Assembly: GCA_002633005.1 (NCBI GenBank)
Contig: NMRA01000782.1
Span: forward strand, 46,404-110,403
Direction of reading: 5' to 3'
Source: Phoronis australis
Lineage: Eukaryota > Animalia > Phoronida
Length of the DNA: 64,000 bases
Position numbers and translations under genes: made by a program. Below are positions 1-11,690 of the stretch, piece by piece (the first letter of the stretch is position 1; every line of letters begins with the position of its first letter). A model generated the notes under the pieces. That model was given only the letters and a program-made list of their open reading frames with translations. It was not told the DNA's origin and searched no databases.

Positions 1-108
1 TGTCCTTGGCGGCACCTTTACCCGCGAGTGTTGGGTGTTCTCCTGTCCTTGGCGGCACCTTTACCCGCGAGTGTTGGGTGTTCTCCTGTCCTTGGCGGCA
101 CCTTTACC
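1..108. repeat. 43-bp tandem repeat, about 2.5 copies visible, truncated by the window start
   Basis: Unit TGTCCTTGGCGGCACCTTTACCCGCGAGTGTTGGGTGTTCTCC starts at 1 and 44; a partial copy starts at 87. Confidence 0.9.
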
Positions 109-2275
109 AGCAGGCTTTCTTCAACAGCAGGCATTCAGGGCGTCCAATGGACACCCCGACTTAAACTTGCACACTTTATCATGGACGCTCTGTTCATTTT
201 TGGATGCCCTGTTCATCATAATGCCCAAGTGAAGGAAACGAAATTTTATTACAGACCCATACCGCATTATAACAGTAATTAGATTTGGCGTTGTAGAAAC
301 AATTATGCGCCATTGGTCATGGACGTCTTAAAAATTGAAAACTGATGTTGGACGCCTCATACTTTTAATGTGGATGAACCCCTGCCGTGGTGGAGGGGAA
401 AAATTTGGCCACCCTATGACGACTGCTTTTATGAGTATTATTATTTTTTCTCTTTTAAGGTAATCTCAAAACTCATTATTTGACATTCATACTAATTCAC
501 ATGTCAAAATAGGCTATGTCAAATGGTGAAAGTATATATTTTCTGAAAGAAAAAAAGACGAGAGATTATAAAAATGTTTTATATTTATGGGTCATTAATG
601 TTATTATCTAACCACATAATTCAAAACGCAGTTAAGGAATTTTCGATTACTCATCTACCGGTAGTTTTTTTTTCTACCTCAACTCACAAACGTCAGGTAT
701 TTCTGTAAAAAAATAGCAGTAGTATTGGTCTATCTTACGGTACGAAAAAACTAAGCGTATAAAACCAAAATCCTAATAGACTTTTGAGACTGACAAATAA
801 ATTTATAAAACAGGAAATTTTCAGCTGAATTCACGTCGTCATTTTCGAGAACTCGTGTTCCTAAAATCAAATAAAGTCCATTTAAGTGACGATTTATCTC
901 ATTTCACAACTTGCTGGCACATTCTTTCATAACGGTCGTATGCATACACTAGGCAGACACACAATGACCCCCTGAGGATCAAAACTACGTTTTGTCTTCG
1001 TGTTCCGCGGCACCTTTTCACGCAATGTTCAACTCATTGACTCTCAAAATTCACAAGGAACTGCTCTGCCTGGCGAATAGGATTTGAGTGACAGCCCTGT
1101 AACCTTTGACCTCGAATAAGTACATGTGGTCAACAAATTTACACGCGGTTGAAGTTCAGTTGGAGCCGGAGTGACTTGACGAAAATGTTTATCTGGTGGT
1201 ATTTTCGCGTGTTACTTAAGTTTCTTACACAGGTTCACTACTCCAAAAGCTCATGCACTATTCCAAAGGTTCACTGCTCCGTAAATATCTAAACTTTCAG
1301 ACTCAGGTTTAATTTCTATACTTTTAAATGCAAAAATAAACGATACTTCGGTTATTAGATGCTTTGAGTGGTGTACATTTACTTAGATAGCGAAACGCCC
1401 GCATACATAAACACTTTGCTTGGAAATCATGCGTATGCGAAAATGCCCGCATGTCTTGATAGGGATGATGTAGTTGCACTTTTAAAGAATATGAATTAGG
1501 AGTGTGGATGAATTATCAATCACGATACATTTATTAAATCCATGTCAAGATCACATCACAGCGCTGAAAAAGACTAGGTTTCTGGTTTTTGCTCATTTTG
1601 AATTCATTTGTTCAGGAAATTTCATTTTTTAGAATTATTTCAAAATCTATTGGAGCAAAAGAAACATGTTCACTAAACCATAGTTATTCTTGAAGTGTTT
1701 TGTCATTTTCAAGGTAATTAGTTGCTCTCTTTTTAAAACATCGCTTGTTCAACTTGGCTTTAGGGGCAAAAATGTCCTGTCACAAGTCGAATGGTGAATT
1801 TTTCAATTTTTGTTGTTCTTGTTCGTGCAAAATATAATTTGTGGTTTGGTGTCTATGCCATGTTGTTAACCTAGTTGAAAAGCACTCTCCATCTTGTTTT
1901 AGAAACACAGTGAGTTATGGATTCCCAAATATAGCTGTCAAAACTTGCCATTTTCTGTGGCTTGAAGTTTTTGGGTGCTGCTTGCTGAACAAAAGGCCAT
2001 TTTTGAAGCTCTAAGATTTAAATAACTCAAGAACCGCCAAACCGATTTGAAAATTTCAAAAAGTTGTATAAACGACATGTATAAAGCTAGCATTTAACAT
2101 TTTTTTAAGTGTTTCGGATGAAATTTGTATTTGGGTTTGCTCACCCTAGCATCGGCAGAGAAGTGGTGGTTTTGGGGTGATCAAGTGCCGATTTTGTGTT
2201 GTTTGCCCCTTAGCCTACCTTGCTTTTCAGTAGGAGTGAAAGGCTAAAACGAAAAACAAAAAAAAAAAACATTAT

Positions 2276-2560
2276 GAATGTGACGGGACGTTCGTAACTT
2301 TACGCTTATTGTTATTCTTATTTAGTTGCAAATGTTCAGTTATTCTTATGCTAATGTCTTTGTTGCGTCTCAGTGCGCCTTTGTTACGTGGGCATGTGGG
2401 CGCGACTGTACGTGTCGGGCACTTCGCTAGCGACAGGCTTAGGAGAAGGATGTTTCCTTCCTTTGCCTTCATGAAAATTGATCGTTATCATGTGCAATTG
2501 AACTGAAACGTATGCCTGATGAGATGAAATACACATTTTTGATGTTCATTGGAGACTTGC
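2276..2560 (+). repeat. Dispersed repeat fragment, inverted copy of 19622-19900
   Basis: Near-identical sequence on opposite strands; both translate to the same spurious peptide LFLFSCKCSVILMLMSLLRLSAPLLRGHVGATV. Confidence 0.85.
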
Positions 2561-2929
2561 TCTGTTACATGAAGTTTCTGTGCACATCTGTAGGGCTCTT
2601 TACGGGAAATCACTAAAACATGCCATTTTTGGCTGTGCATCACGTTTTCGACAGAGTGAAGACAAGGTCACAAATCCAATGATGTGTGTTTTGCTGGGCA
2701 AAACCCAGAACTATTCTGTGCCCCTAATCCCCGCATTGTGTGACATCATTGTTGTCATCGAACGGCTGCTAACAGCAGAATTCGTCACGTTTACGAAAAG
2801 CCCCTGAGCTTGAGAATTGGCAACTGAATGAAATTCGATAATGTGTCCTAGTCTGAAGCAGTTTCAAGTGGTACTACATTTTGATTTATTAAATCAGTTC
2901 TTGGCCACAGTAAGATTAAAAACCGGACG

Positions 2930-3890
2930 ATTGCCGCACAAATGAAGAAGTTCATGTTAAATCAATGTTTCGTCTATTCATTAGACATCATCAGGATATT
3001 TACAAAGGACAGCAAGTGCCAACTTGCAGCTCAGGTGACATCCATAAAGTGAAGTGAGAGATACAGAGAGTATAGTCAGTACATGTAGCTTTTCATCACC
3101 ATAGTTGCAGGGTCACTGAGCTCTACATGTTGCTCAGAGAATCAGTAGGCTACAAAGCATGCCGGTTCTGAATGGCCAATGACTCTTAAAGGTACAGCAA
3201 TTCCTTATTAGTTTCTCTGCAGATAACACTAACTGAATTGGTTTAGTGATTGTTGCTATAACACGATGCCTATAATACATGTATGTTGCTTTTCTCTGAG
3301 GTGTGATGTTCTTTCAGCCCGTCACGACAGAGGCGTCTCTGTGTGAGTCCGATATAGAATTCCTTACAGTTGTCACATTCAACCTTATTAACAACATTGT
3401 TATTGTTCAATAAAGGGATGGGTGACTTCAGTTTACATAGCAAACGTTTCCGAAGAGGTTTGAAAACAACTATCAGTTCAACAGCTGGGTCTATGCAATG
3501 AATAAGGCGAGATAATTGATGTTTCAATTTTATACTACTAGGCCCAGTGTAACCAAGAGAAAAGAAAACTTTCTTTTTTCTCGGGTCCAATTACAGCTAC
3601 CTTATCTGCCTCATTCATTTTGAAAGGAAGTGCCTTCTGCAGCCATTCAAAAATTCAGAGGGTAACAATTGACAACACAATAACTGGAAAATCCTAGCTA
3701 CGTCACTGTCAAAACTAAAATTGGTGGAACAAATTCTCCAGGCACGATGTAACAATGCTAGACCTCTCTTGTATTGGATCGGCACAAAACTAACAAATTT
3801 AAGATAAGCCCAGAAAAACTGGGCTTACGTGGCTAAATCACAATCAAGATCCATATTAGAGAGTTGGCTGTTTTACGGTCTCAAATAATG
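2930..3890 (-). mobile_element. Degenerate Penelope-like retroelement 3' portion (RT thumb + GIY-YIG endonuclease)
   Basis: ORF 3270-3590 has VVNKVECDNCKEFYIGLTQRRL..LKEH (PLE GIY-YIG pattern). Upstream frameshifted pieces read RKPSFSGLIL..SFVPIQYKRGL..LLHRAWRICST (PLE RT C-terminus); downstream reads LLYL*ESLAI. Confidence 0.8.
2955..3003 (-). ncRNA. Minimal type I hammerhead ribozyme remnant of the Penelope-like element
   Basis: Minus strand reads AAUAUC-CUGAUGA-U-GUCUA-AUGAA-UAGAC-GAAAC-AUU-GAU: both core boxes, a perfect 5-bp stem II and AUC/GAU stem I. CAUU is probably CpG-decayed CGUU. Confidence 0.6.
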
Positions 3891-4402
3891 TTTGGTTACT
3901 TACCAAATGCCGACTGAATCTCATAGTAGTGCAAATTAAAAAAAGAATTATCAAAAACGGACGTTTGAGAAATTTATGCATGTTTTTGTATATGAATTTC
4001 GTGCATTTTTAGTGTTACGACTGGTCATTTTAAAAATAACAATTTTCAACTGTCAAGAGTAGAAAAGAAATTTATTTTATTAAGTAAGCAATTGCTTAGA
4101 TATGACTGGGAATAACTTAAGTCACTTTCAGAATCAATTAGATGAAGTTGTGCTTAATCATTGGGAAATGGTAGGGTTCATCATAAAATGGGCACTCGTT
4201 ACGAAATTTGTAAATTCTGTGTTTCTAACCCTCACCTACTGTAAAGAAGGTTAAAAACTAAAGTTCACATTCTGTAATACAAAGAACTGAAGAATATGTT
4301 AGCCTAGGCAACATAGCAAATTATTCAATATCTAAACAAACCAAAACATTGATATTGACTGGGTTCTGCTATGTTGAAAATGGTCAAAAAAGGCAAACAA
4401 AA

Positions 4403-6030
4403 TGTAGTGTACATACCCCCCTGTGGAATTCAGTAACACAAATGGTCATTGCAAATGAAATTATTGCCTTTTAAATAACAACATGGTGCTTATTATCATC
4501 AAAGAAAAATAAATGGCCATACAACGTTATGTTATCATGTGATGTAGAAACAGTGATGTAGTGTACGTACCCCCTTTTGTAGTGTACGTACCCCCATGTT
4601 AACAAATGCCGTGAAATTAAAATATCACTTGGTAAGTGAGCAATATTGGTCTTAGACAGTTTCTTCCTTAAAAATGTTAAAAGGGTGTTTGTTGCAAACG
4701 CATTTGTTTTGAGTGAAATATTAGCATTTGTGTAGTGTACGTACCCCTATATTTCAATTTGTGCCTATTTTCAAAGTATGGCAGATATGCACATGAATGC
4801 TGTGCTTTGTATTTTTTCTATTTGAATTGATTCAGTAAATCAACTAACTTTCAGTAGATTCTTAGTATTTAGTTACAAACCTCACATGTCATTTAAATGT
4901 AGTGTACGTAACCCTGTGTAGTGTACGTATCCCCAAGTGAACAAGTACCATAAAACAAGAATATTACACAGCAAGTAAGCAAGATTTGTCACAGACAGTT
5001 TCCTCCATTAAAAATGCTAGGTTAAAAGGGTTTTAATTACAAATACATTTGTTTTGAGTGAATTATTAGCATTTTTGTAGTGTACGTACCCCTACAGTAT
5101 ATCAAGTTTTAACATGTGCCTGTTTTCAAAGAATGACAGACAGATATACACAATTATGCTGTACTTTTTGTTTGTTCTCTTTGAATAGATTTTGTAAATG
5201 AACTAACTCTCAGTAGATTCTAAGTATTTTATATACCTGACAAATCACTGAAATGTAGTGTACGTACCCCTGTGTAGTGTACGTACCCCTGTGTAGTGTA
5301 TGTACCCCTTGTAGTGTACGTACCTTCAACCTCTGTGCTATAAAGTATTGTCCACAAGAATTTTTACATCCTGCTGTTCTCATGACCAATACTGATATTT
5401 CCAAAGTAAATCCAGTCTGACAAAAATAAACAATGGACGTTATCATATTTGTGGACAATAAAATGCCACACAGAACTTGGCTAGTACTTAACATCCTAGA
5501 AGACACGTCATGTGACGACTGATGTTGCAGGTGCAGGTTCTTCTCCTAAGACAACTTGCAACAAACCAACAAGTAGAGGCAGCACAAAACTTGAGACCAT
5601 CCCATACATTTATAACTTAGTCAAAATTTAACGTTGTTCGACTGTGCGTAGTGTACGTACCCCCCAATCAGTATCATTTTTTACTGTTTACAAGTGGAAC
5701 ACTGGGCCTAGCATTGCTTTAACTATTTTGACCAACTGGTGAATGTATTGAAAACTAGGCAAACAGCACCAATAAAGTTTAAGTAGTCACTATAGTCATT
5801 TTGTTTTTGTAAGAATCATATTGCAAGAGAAGGAAGTTCTCATAATACTGTGTTAAGATATGCAATGTATCATCACCCAGAACAACTTGATCAGCACGGT
5901 AATAACATTTCTTACTTTAGTATGTGATACTTCTTCAATTTAATCAAAAAGTTATTAAATTAACAGCTACCTTACGAATTTTTGCATGGTAGAAATGGGC
6001 TGTGACCACAAGTTGTAGTGTACAAACCCT
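4403..6030. repeat. Array of TGTAGTGTACGTACCCC motifs within an approximately 350-bp tandem duplication; probably internal repeats of a non-autonomous DNA transposon
   Basis: About 13 motif copies near 4403, 4557, 4578, 4731, 4898, 4917, 5076, 5254-5325 (x4), 5648 and 6014. Segments ~4557-4897 and ~4898-5253 are diverged duplicates. Confidence 0.75.
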
Positions 6031-6143
6031 TTTTATACAACTGTGATGCATTAGGCCATAAATTTTATTCGGTCCTTCTTGTGCAAAAATATTTTAGATT
6101 ACAAACCTGGAATGACGGTACTTTAAAATAACCCAGCTTTTAC

Positions 6144-6860
6144 TGTTATATGCCCAACCATCATTTTTCACCAAAAATGGCCACCGAATATGGTCCTCGA
6201 TTGTGATTTGGCCGACGATACGCAGATGTAACAACGGCCGGGTGCATATTGTTCATGGCCCGGGATTGAAAAAGGTGTTGACTGTACAGTAGTTAAGGAA
6301 ATCTCAAACCTGGCCAAAATTTGGCTGTTCAGATTTATTTTACATACATATCTAGTAGCACAATACCTTATCTTCATTCTGAGGGAAATTCAAATATGAA
6401 GTATATACCAAGTAGCGAGAAAAAAGATTTAGCAGAACCACCTTGGAACTGCAAAACCGCGTGCAAATTTGTTTACTACTTATCCGGCGAGGTCAAAGGT
6501 TATAGGACTGTCACTCAGCGAGTCGCCACAGTACTCAGTCAACGAGGTGTATATATGAAAGAGAGATGCTGGGGAAACGAACACGAAGCATAGTTTTGAT
6601 CCTGAGTCCTGAGACAGTTGTGCGTCTGCATTTCTATAACCTTCGAGAACGAAGGCTCAGAGTTGCCGCACGCCTCCTGTGTGTTTGTGTTCACTGCAGC
6701 AAGCACGGTTTTACTATAGTATTCTAGTTGGCCGCCAGAGGCCAGTATCTTGTAGAAGGTCAAGGTCAGGTAATAAAAGTATTGAAATATTTGCCACTTA
6801 GTCCGTAATATTTCCTGTAATTGACCCCGAAGGTTAAGATATAACATTTGGCGACAAGGA
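6144..6860 (+). mobile_element. 5' LTR and primer-binding site of a Gypsy-type LTR retrotransposon remnant
   Basis: Starts TGTTATAT (6144) and ends ATATAACA (6846), an 8-bp terminal inverted repeat. Followed at 6849 by TGGCGACAAGG, one mismatch from the tRNA-Ser-type PBS TGGCGACGAGG. Gag-like sequence lies downstream. Confidence 0.65.
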
Positions 6861-6921
6861 AATTGGAAACCTAAACGACACGGGGACTCTTTAAACTATA
6901 ATTTAACGCCGTCACTTCTGT

Positions 6922-7473
6922 TGTAGATGTGCTTGCAGTGAATCATGGGAGCCTCTCTGCCTCTGCCCTGCTAAAAGTGCTAGTAAAACAACTGAGCAAT
7001 TGCCTATTAGCTCAATGGTTAGCTCACTCGCTGGCTTTATGGGAGTGGTTGGTTCGATTCCCAGTTTGGGTAATCTAGGCTATTATTACGAATGGTGTAG
7101 TTGGCAAACAGGTGTACCGATTGAGCACTGCCAACTAGAACCTGTGTACCTGGAACAGCGTGCATGGTTAATGGTGATGGTAAAAGTTCCAGGAGTTGAG
7201 GACCTGTATGAGAGACAACCTTGTGTGTACCTGTGTTGTGGTAGTAAAGGTATCAAGTTGGTGATCTGTATGCGAGACAACCTGTTATTCACATTCCTGT
7301 TGGTGCACCTGTTCCACAGGAAAGGGGGAATTTTGTAGATGTGCTTCCGGTGAATCTCATGAGCTTCTGTTAGCCACTCACTGAATGGCAATTGCCTATT
7401 AGCTGAATTATTAGCACACACACCAGTTTTATGGAGGTTGCTGATTCAATAACTGTGTTGGGTAATCTTGGCC
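6922..7473 (+). mobile_element. TRIM-like non-autonomous LTR element with tRNA-derived sequence in both LTRs
   Basis: Direct repeats start TGTAGATGTGCTT at 6922 and 7334, each containing GCAATTGCCTATTAGCT...TTGGGTAATCT. The first has A box TAGCTCAATGG and B box GGTTCGATTCC. PBS-like TGGTGTAGTTGGCA at 7093; polypurine tract AGGAAAGGGGGAA at 7318-7330 just before LTR2. Confidence 0.7.
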
Positions 7474-7476
7474 AAA

Positions 7477-7527
7477 ATGGCGATAAACCGTTTACCCGTT
7501 CGTCCGTTCGACTTGCACATGGACAAT
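7477..7527 (+). pseudogene. N-terminal gag fragment of the Gypsy remnant, interrupted by a DNA transposon
   Basis: ATG at 7477 gives MAINRLPVRPFDLHMDN, ending exactly at the transposon insertion site; gag-like sequence resumes after 11038. Confidence 0.5.
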
Positions 7528-10500
7528 GGGGCTATTCGGAAAATCTTCAATAACTAGAGGGCGTGCGTGTACTAGTGGTGATAGATTAGCAGCCTCGATT
7601 TCGCGAGCCCTTTAAATACATGGTGAAATGGCTTGCAGCCGCGCCAACTGAGTCTGAGATTGCGTAAAAAGGGTGCTTCTATGAGAGGAAGTAAGCACGA
7701 CCTCATACAAAGGTAAGGTTTGTGATTATTTTAACGATTATTCCATGATTATTCTACCGATGCCTGTTAACTGAGGCACTCGCCGATGTCGACTTCGCGG
7801 CAGTCAGTCGCCAGCCAGAGTCTGGTTAATCTTTGTATGTTGTGATATGTGATACGATACTTGACGTAGCAATCGGGATCTTTTCGTACATCAAAGCATT
7901 ATTATTGTTTGGAATGATTTCTAAAAGTTTATCAGTGACAGTTACATCAATCAATGCTGAATGTTTATGCTGTCAACTCGATACAGGTTAATGAGTTAAG
8001 ATTACAATCCAATCCCAATGGCAAAGGGTACGTGAGTGATAAATATCCATTGCATTAGACTATTTGTTTACTCCCTATCATATGTCTTCTGGAAATCTAT
8101 TACACGTTGAAATGGAAATCTATCACGTCAGTTTTCACGTAACCTTTGGTTTTTAGGTTTGAAGGCTTGTACCGTGCAGAGGAGATATGCATCGCTTCTG
8201 CACCGTCCCTGAATGGACAAAAATTGGTTTTTAGCATTTGACTGCAGCTAACCAACAAGATCTTCCCATCCAGTGCAGATCTGTTGTCAAAGCCTACTTT
8301 CAATATTGGAGACAACGAACAAAGCCTTTGAAAAGGAACAGCTATTTTTAAAGTCATTTTGTTAAATTACTTATTCAGGTCCCGAGGGGGGATTGGCATG
8401 GGGGGTTGTAATATTTGGTACAACTGAATGTGTGGAAATAACAGGTAATACATGTTTGGGGAAAAGAGCATGGTGAGGTAATTCTTAACCTTCACGAAGT
8501 CCCTTCAAGTTGATTTCATGAAACTGTTTTGCTACTTGTATCAATTGTAAAACCACGAAAATATATTACATTTTCCGAATTCACAGTGACTGAATAGTCT
8601 TAACTCATGCCTTGAAATGTTGCAAGTCGTTATAAATTCAAATGACTGCCATTTTTGTGAAAATTGCATTTTTGATGGTGCCTTACGATTTGTAATTACT
8701 CTTAAACAACAGAAAGATTATCCATCATTTTTAAATGACCCAAGTCTTCATATCTTCTATTAGAAGAAAAACGGTTCCCTCAACCTTAGGCTAGAAGTAT
8801 GCTTGACAGACCCGTGAACCTGTAATCTGAGTTTAAAATTGCTGAAAGTATCAAAATTAAAAAGGCTTGAAAATGGGTAACAAAGGTTTGAAGTTGTCTC
8901 AAAAAACTTGTATATTTTACAGACAAGTGATGCGTTTAAAGAATTGTTATGGCTAGGGATAAAAAATAAAGACACAGTTTTATGCAATACTCATTATATA
9001 CACCCTTGGTTTCTGAAAATAGTAATTATTTACTTTTATGTGAAACTGTAGACCAATCACCATATATTTTTGAAAAACAGGGATAACATTTTTGATCCAA
9101 TCTGGAGTACTTAATTATTCATATTTCAATATTTGTTCCAGGTTCAGTGACATTTTAAGGCCACTTCAAGCTGTATCATAGACAAGCTTTGTTACTCCGT
9201 TCTCTTCCCACAGCACTTCCACACACCAGCAGTGCTGCATGGCACAATGTGCAAGTCAGTGGCCCTGGAGAAATGTGAATCGCAGTACTAAGTTACCATA
9301 AGACAATGTGCCAGTGGAGTGTCTGTGTATCCAGACGAACTATATCTGACTGCTACACAAATAAGCCTTGTTGGTGAGGATGCCCTTTCATAGGCAATGA
9401 GTCATGTGTGGACAATAGCTTATTTCCTTTCCTGGAAGAAACATGAGGGACTGAAGCTAAAGAAGACCTAGTCACACTCTGGTCTAGTTCAGAGTCTGAT
9501 TTTGGGCTCAAAACGATTCAAGTGATATGCTGCTGTGTTTACCTTCAAGGGTCTAATTGTGGATGTTATTGAGGCTGAATGAGGTTACATGAAAGAAAGC
9601 CACGTGTTGAAACTGGACCTTTTTTACAAGCGCTTCTATAGGCCATTGAAACTAGAACCCAGTGAAATGAAAGCCAAAAGCTGAGTGACATTAAATTTTC
9701 CTTTCAGAAGAAAGGCTTTATACTATTGGTAAAAACTTTTCAATTTGGTACAGATTATGGGGAAATGACATTCAGTGACTGCATCGATTGTCTTATTGTA
9801 TGTTTTCAATTGTAGCTAGCTGGATAAGAATCTGCTATGCACAAGATTCGAGAATAAAAAATTATCAGTGTATTTAAAAACAAATGGCAAACTGAAAAAG
9901 CACAGAAAGAAACAACATTGCGAGGGAGTCCATAATCAGGCATATCAATTTCTGATTTACGTTCAATTCTCTCAGGTTATTGCTGAAGGATTGCTTTTCA
10001 CTTTGTCCAACGGTGAAATAGATGGTCAGGCGGTTGGTTTCAGTTGTTTTTTCTTGCCTGTAACAGAATAGAAATATTACCAAATTGTAAAAGAAAAGAC
10101 AAGACAAAACTACTTTTGTAAGGCAGAACATACTTGACATTTCATCTTCATGTTTATGTGTAGAAACTAATAACCTTTGTACCCAAGTCTTATTTAATAT
10201 CTGAATTAAAATATGTGAAACAGGCTAAAAGTGATTTAACAATGTGTATTTTTCATGACACTTAAAATGTGCTTCTGATCTCAACAAGTAAAATTCATTC
10301 TAGGTGTCAATTTTTTTCCAATGCAATGTTACGACATTTACTGAATTAAGGCTTATTCATGTTAATTCGATAACTGAGCTGGTGGTCCTGGGGGTGGGGT
10401 CCACGATAAAATAAGGAAACTCACTCATCTAGAGAATTTTATTGGAAACAGCATAGTTTTGAAGAGAAACTGCTGTGAAAAAGTCACTCTTGACTTCTGT

Positions 10501-11036
10501 GCATCACGTACCATACACCTCTTATTTTGGGAGCACTCCCACCCAGGACAATATGAATATGTGCTGCTAGCCTACCCGGCATCGGGTGAGTTTCCAAAAA
10601 GAAACACTTAGTTCCACTCAATAAAACTGTTATTCAGTGGGGTAACTGGTGGGGATAACATCACCGAACGATGTTGATAGAAACTGATTGCTAAAAACTT
10701 ACCAAGTAATGTTGTGTAGTCTCCGAATGGAACTGCATAGTCATAGACATAGAGCACACACGGGGCTTCAGCATCCACACACTTTTTGTCAGTTAGTTGA
10801 CCCTGTTGACCGCAATTGTCCACGAATATAGTAACCTTAGGTCTTTTGGGAATTTGTGGCCACCTGTCGAAGACTTGCACCAGGGAAATTAGCAGTAATA
10901 AGGCTTAGCGCGACGACGTATTTTGATAAAAATTGCATCTTTTACCAGTTGTTTACATGCAGACAGCCACGCATGCGCAATTCAATCACCACTAGTACAG
11001 CAGCAACACCGCGAGGAGAATTCTCCGAATAGCCCC
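7528..11036 (+). mobile_element. ISL2EU-like (PHIS group) DNA transposon, degenerate, with SAP and YqaJ exonuclease remnants
   Basis: TIRs GGGGCTATTCGGARAAT plus subterminal TGTACTAGTGGTGAT at both ends; AT target duplication (7526-7527, 11037-11038). SAP-like LRKKGASMRGSKHDLIQR followed by a GTAAG donor at ~7660-7715. YqaJ-like decayed HTPAVLHG..VALEK..GVSVYPDELYLTAT..FPFLEE..LKLKK..AVFTFKGL at ~9140-9660. Confidence 0.7.
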
Positions 11037-11038
11037 AT

Positions 11039-11690
11039 TGTGAATACTTTTCAAGAGTGGATATGTGGTTTTGGATGACGATGCAGCAGGCTGCACTGAC
11101 TCAAATCAGCATTGACAACTACTGTTGCACTGTGAAGCCTTTGACTTTCGAGAGCAATTTGAAAATGTATGCTCTTGCCAAACAGAAAGTCACTGACCAT
11201 TCAAGTTCATACCCTTCACATACCTACCATATATGAGACACATGTTATGACAAGCAAAACTAAGTGAGGGTGAGACAGTCTTACAGTTCGTCTCACGACT
11301 TCGTCAACTGGTGAACTACTGTGATTTTGGGGACCGCCATGACGCCTTTATAACTGATCAGATCATTGATAAGTGTCTGCATGGGCGGTGCACCATAAGG
11401 GGCTTACTTCAGTGCTGTGCCGCCCATGCAATGCAGCGGAAGATTACGTATCTTTCTTGGCACACAGTGGAATCCCGTTGACAAAGGGTTATCTTAAGGT
11501 TACTCCGGATGTTGGCGTATGATCTATGACAACTTGCCTTAGGAAATTCATCGCATTTTTGCCAGATTTCTGTGCCATCAAAGATGAACTCATTGTATAA
11601 TAATTAGATATGATTGAAATTTTACTGCGAGGTACACGTGTCGTCATTCCTTAAGCTTTGCAACGTGGAACTGTGGAACTGGATTATCAC
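11039..11690 (+). mobile_element. Gypsy-type gag and pol remnants, internally deleted
   Basis: Reads LSEGETVLQFVSRLRQLVNYCDFGDRHDAFITDQIIDKC (gag) and KDELIV..ILLRGTRVVIP*ALQRGTVEL (pol region preceding integrase). Confidence 0.75.

Noticed and set aside
111-384. hAT-like MITE (CAGGCTTTC...GAACCCCTG)
   Set aside because: TIRs match only loosely and there is no target duplication; too weak to call.
2500-2535. CTGATGA...GAAA as a hammerhead
   Set aside because: No stem II can form between the boxes, and the second copy near 19650 does not conserve the arrangement.
4403-6030. CRISPR-like repeated motif
   Set aside because: Spacing is irregular (about 2 to 350 bp), spacers are themselves duplicated, there are no cas genes, and the context is eukaryotic.
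7002-7074. Functional tRNA gene
   Set aside because: A and B boxes and a partial acceptor stem are present, but the anticodon and T stems do not pair; better explained as tRNA-derived LTR sequence.
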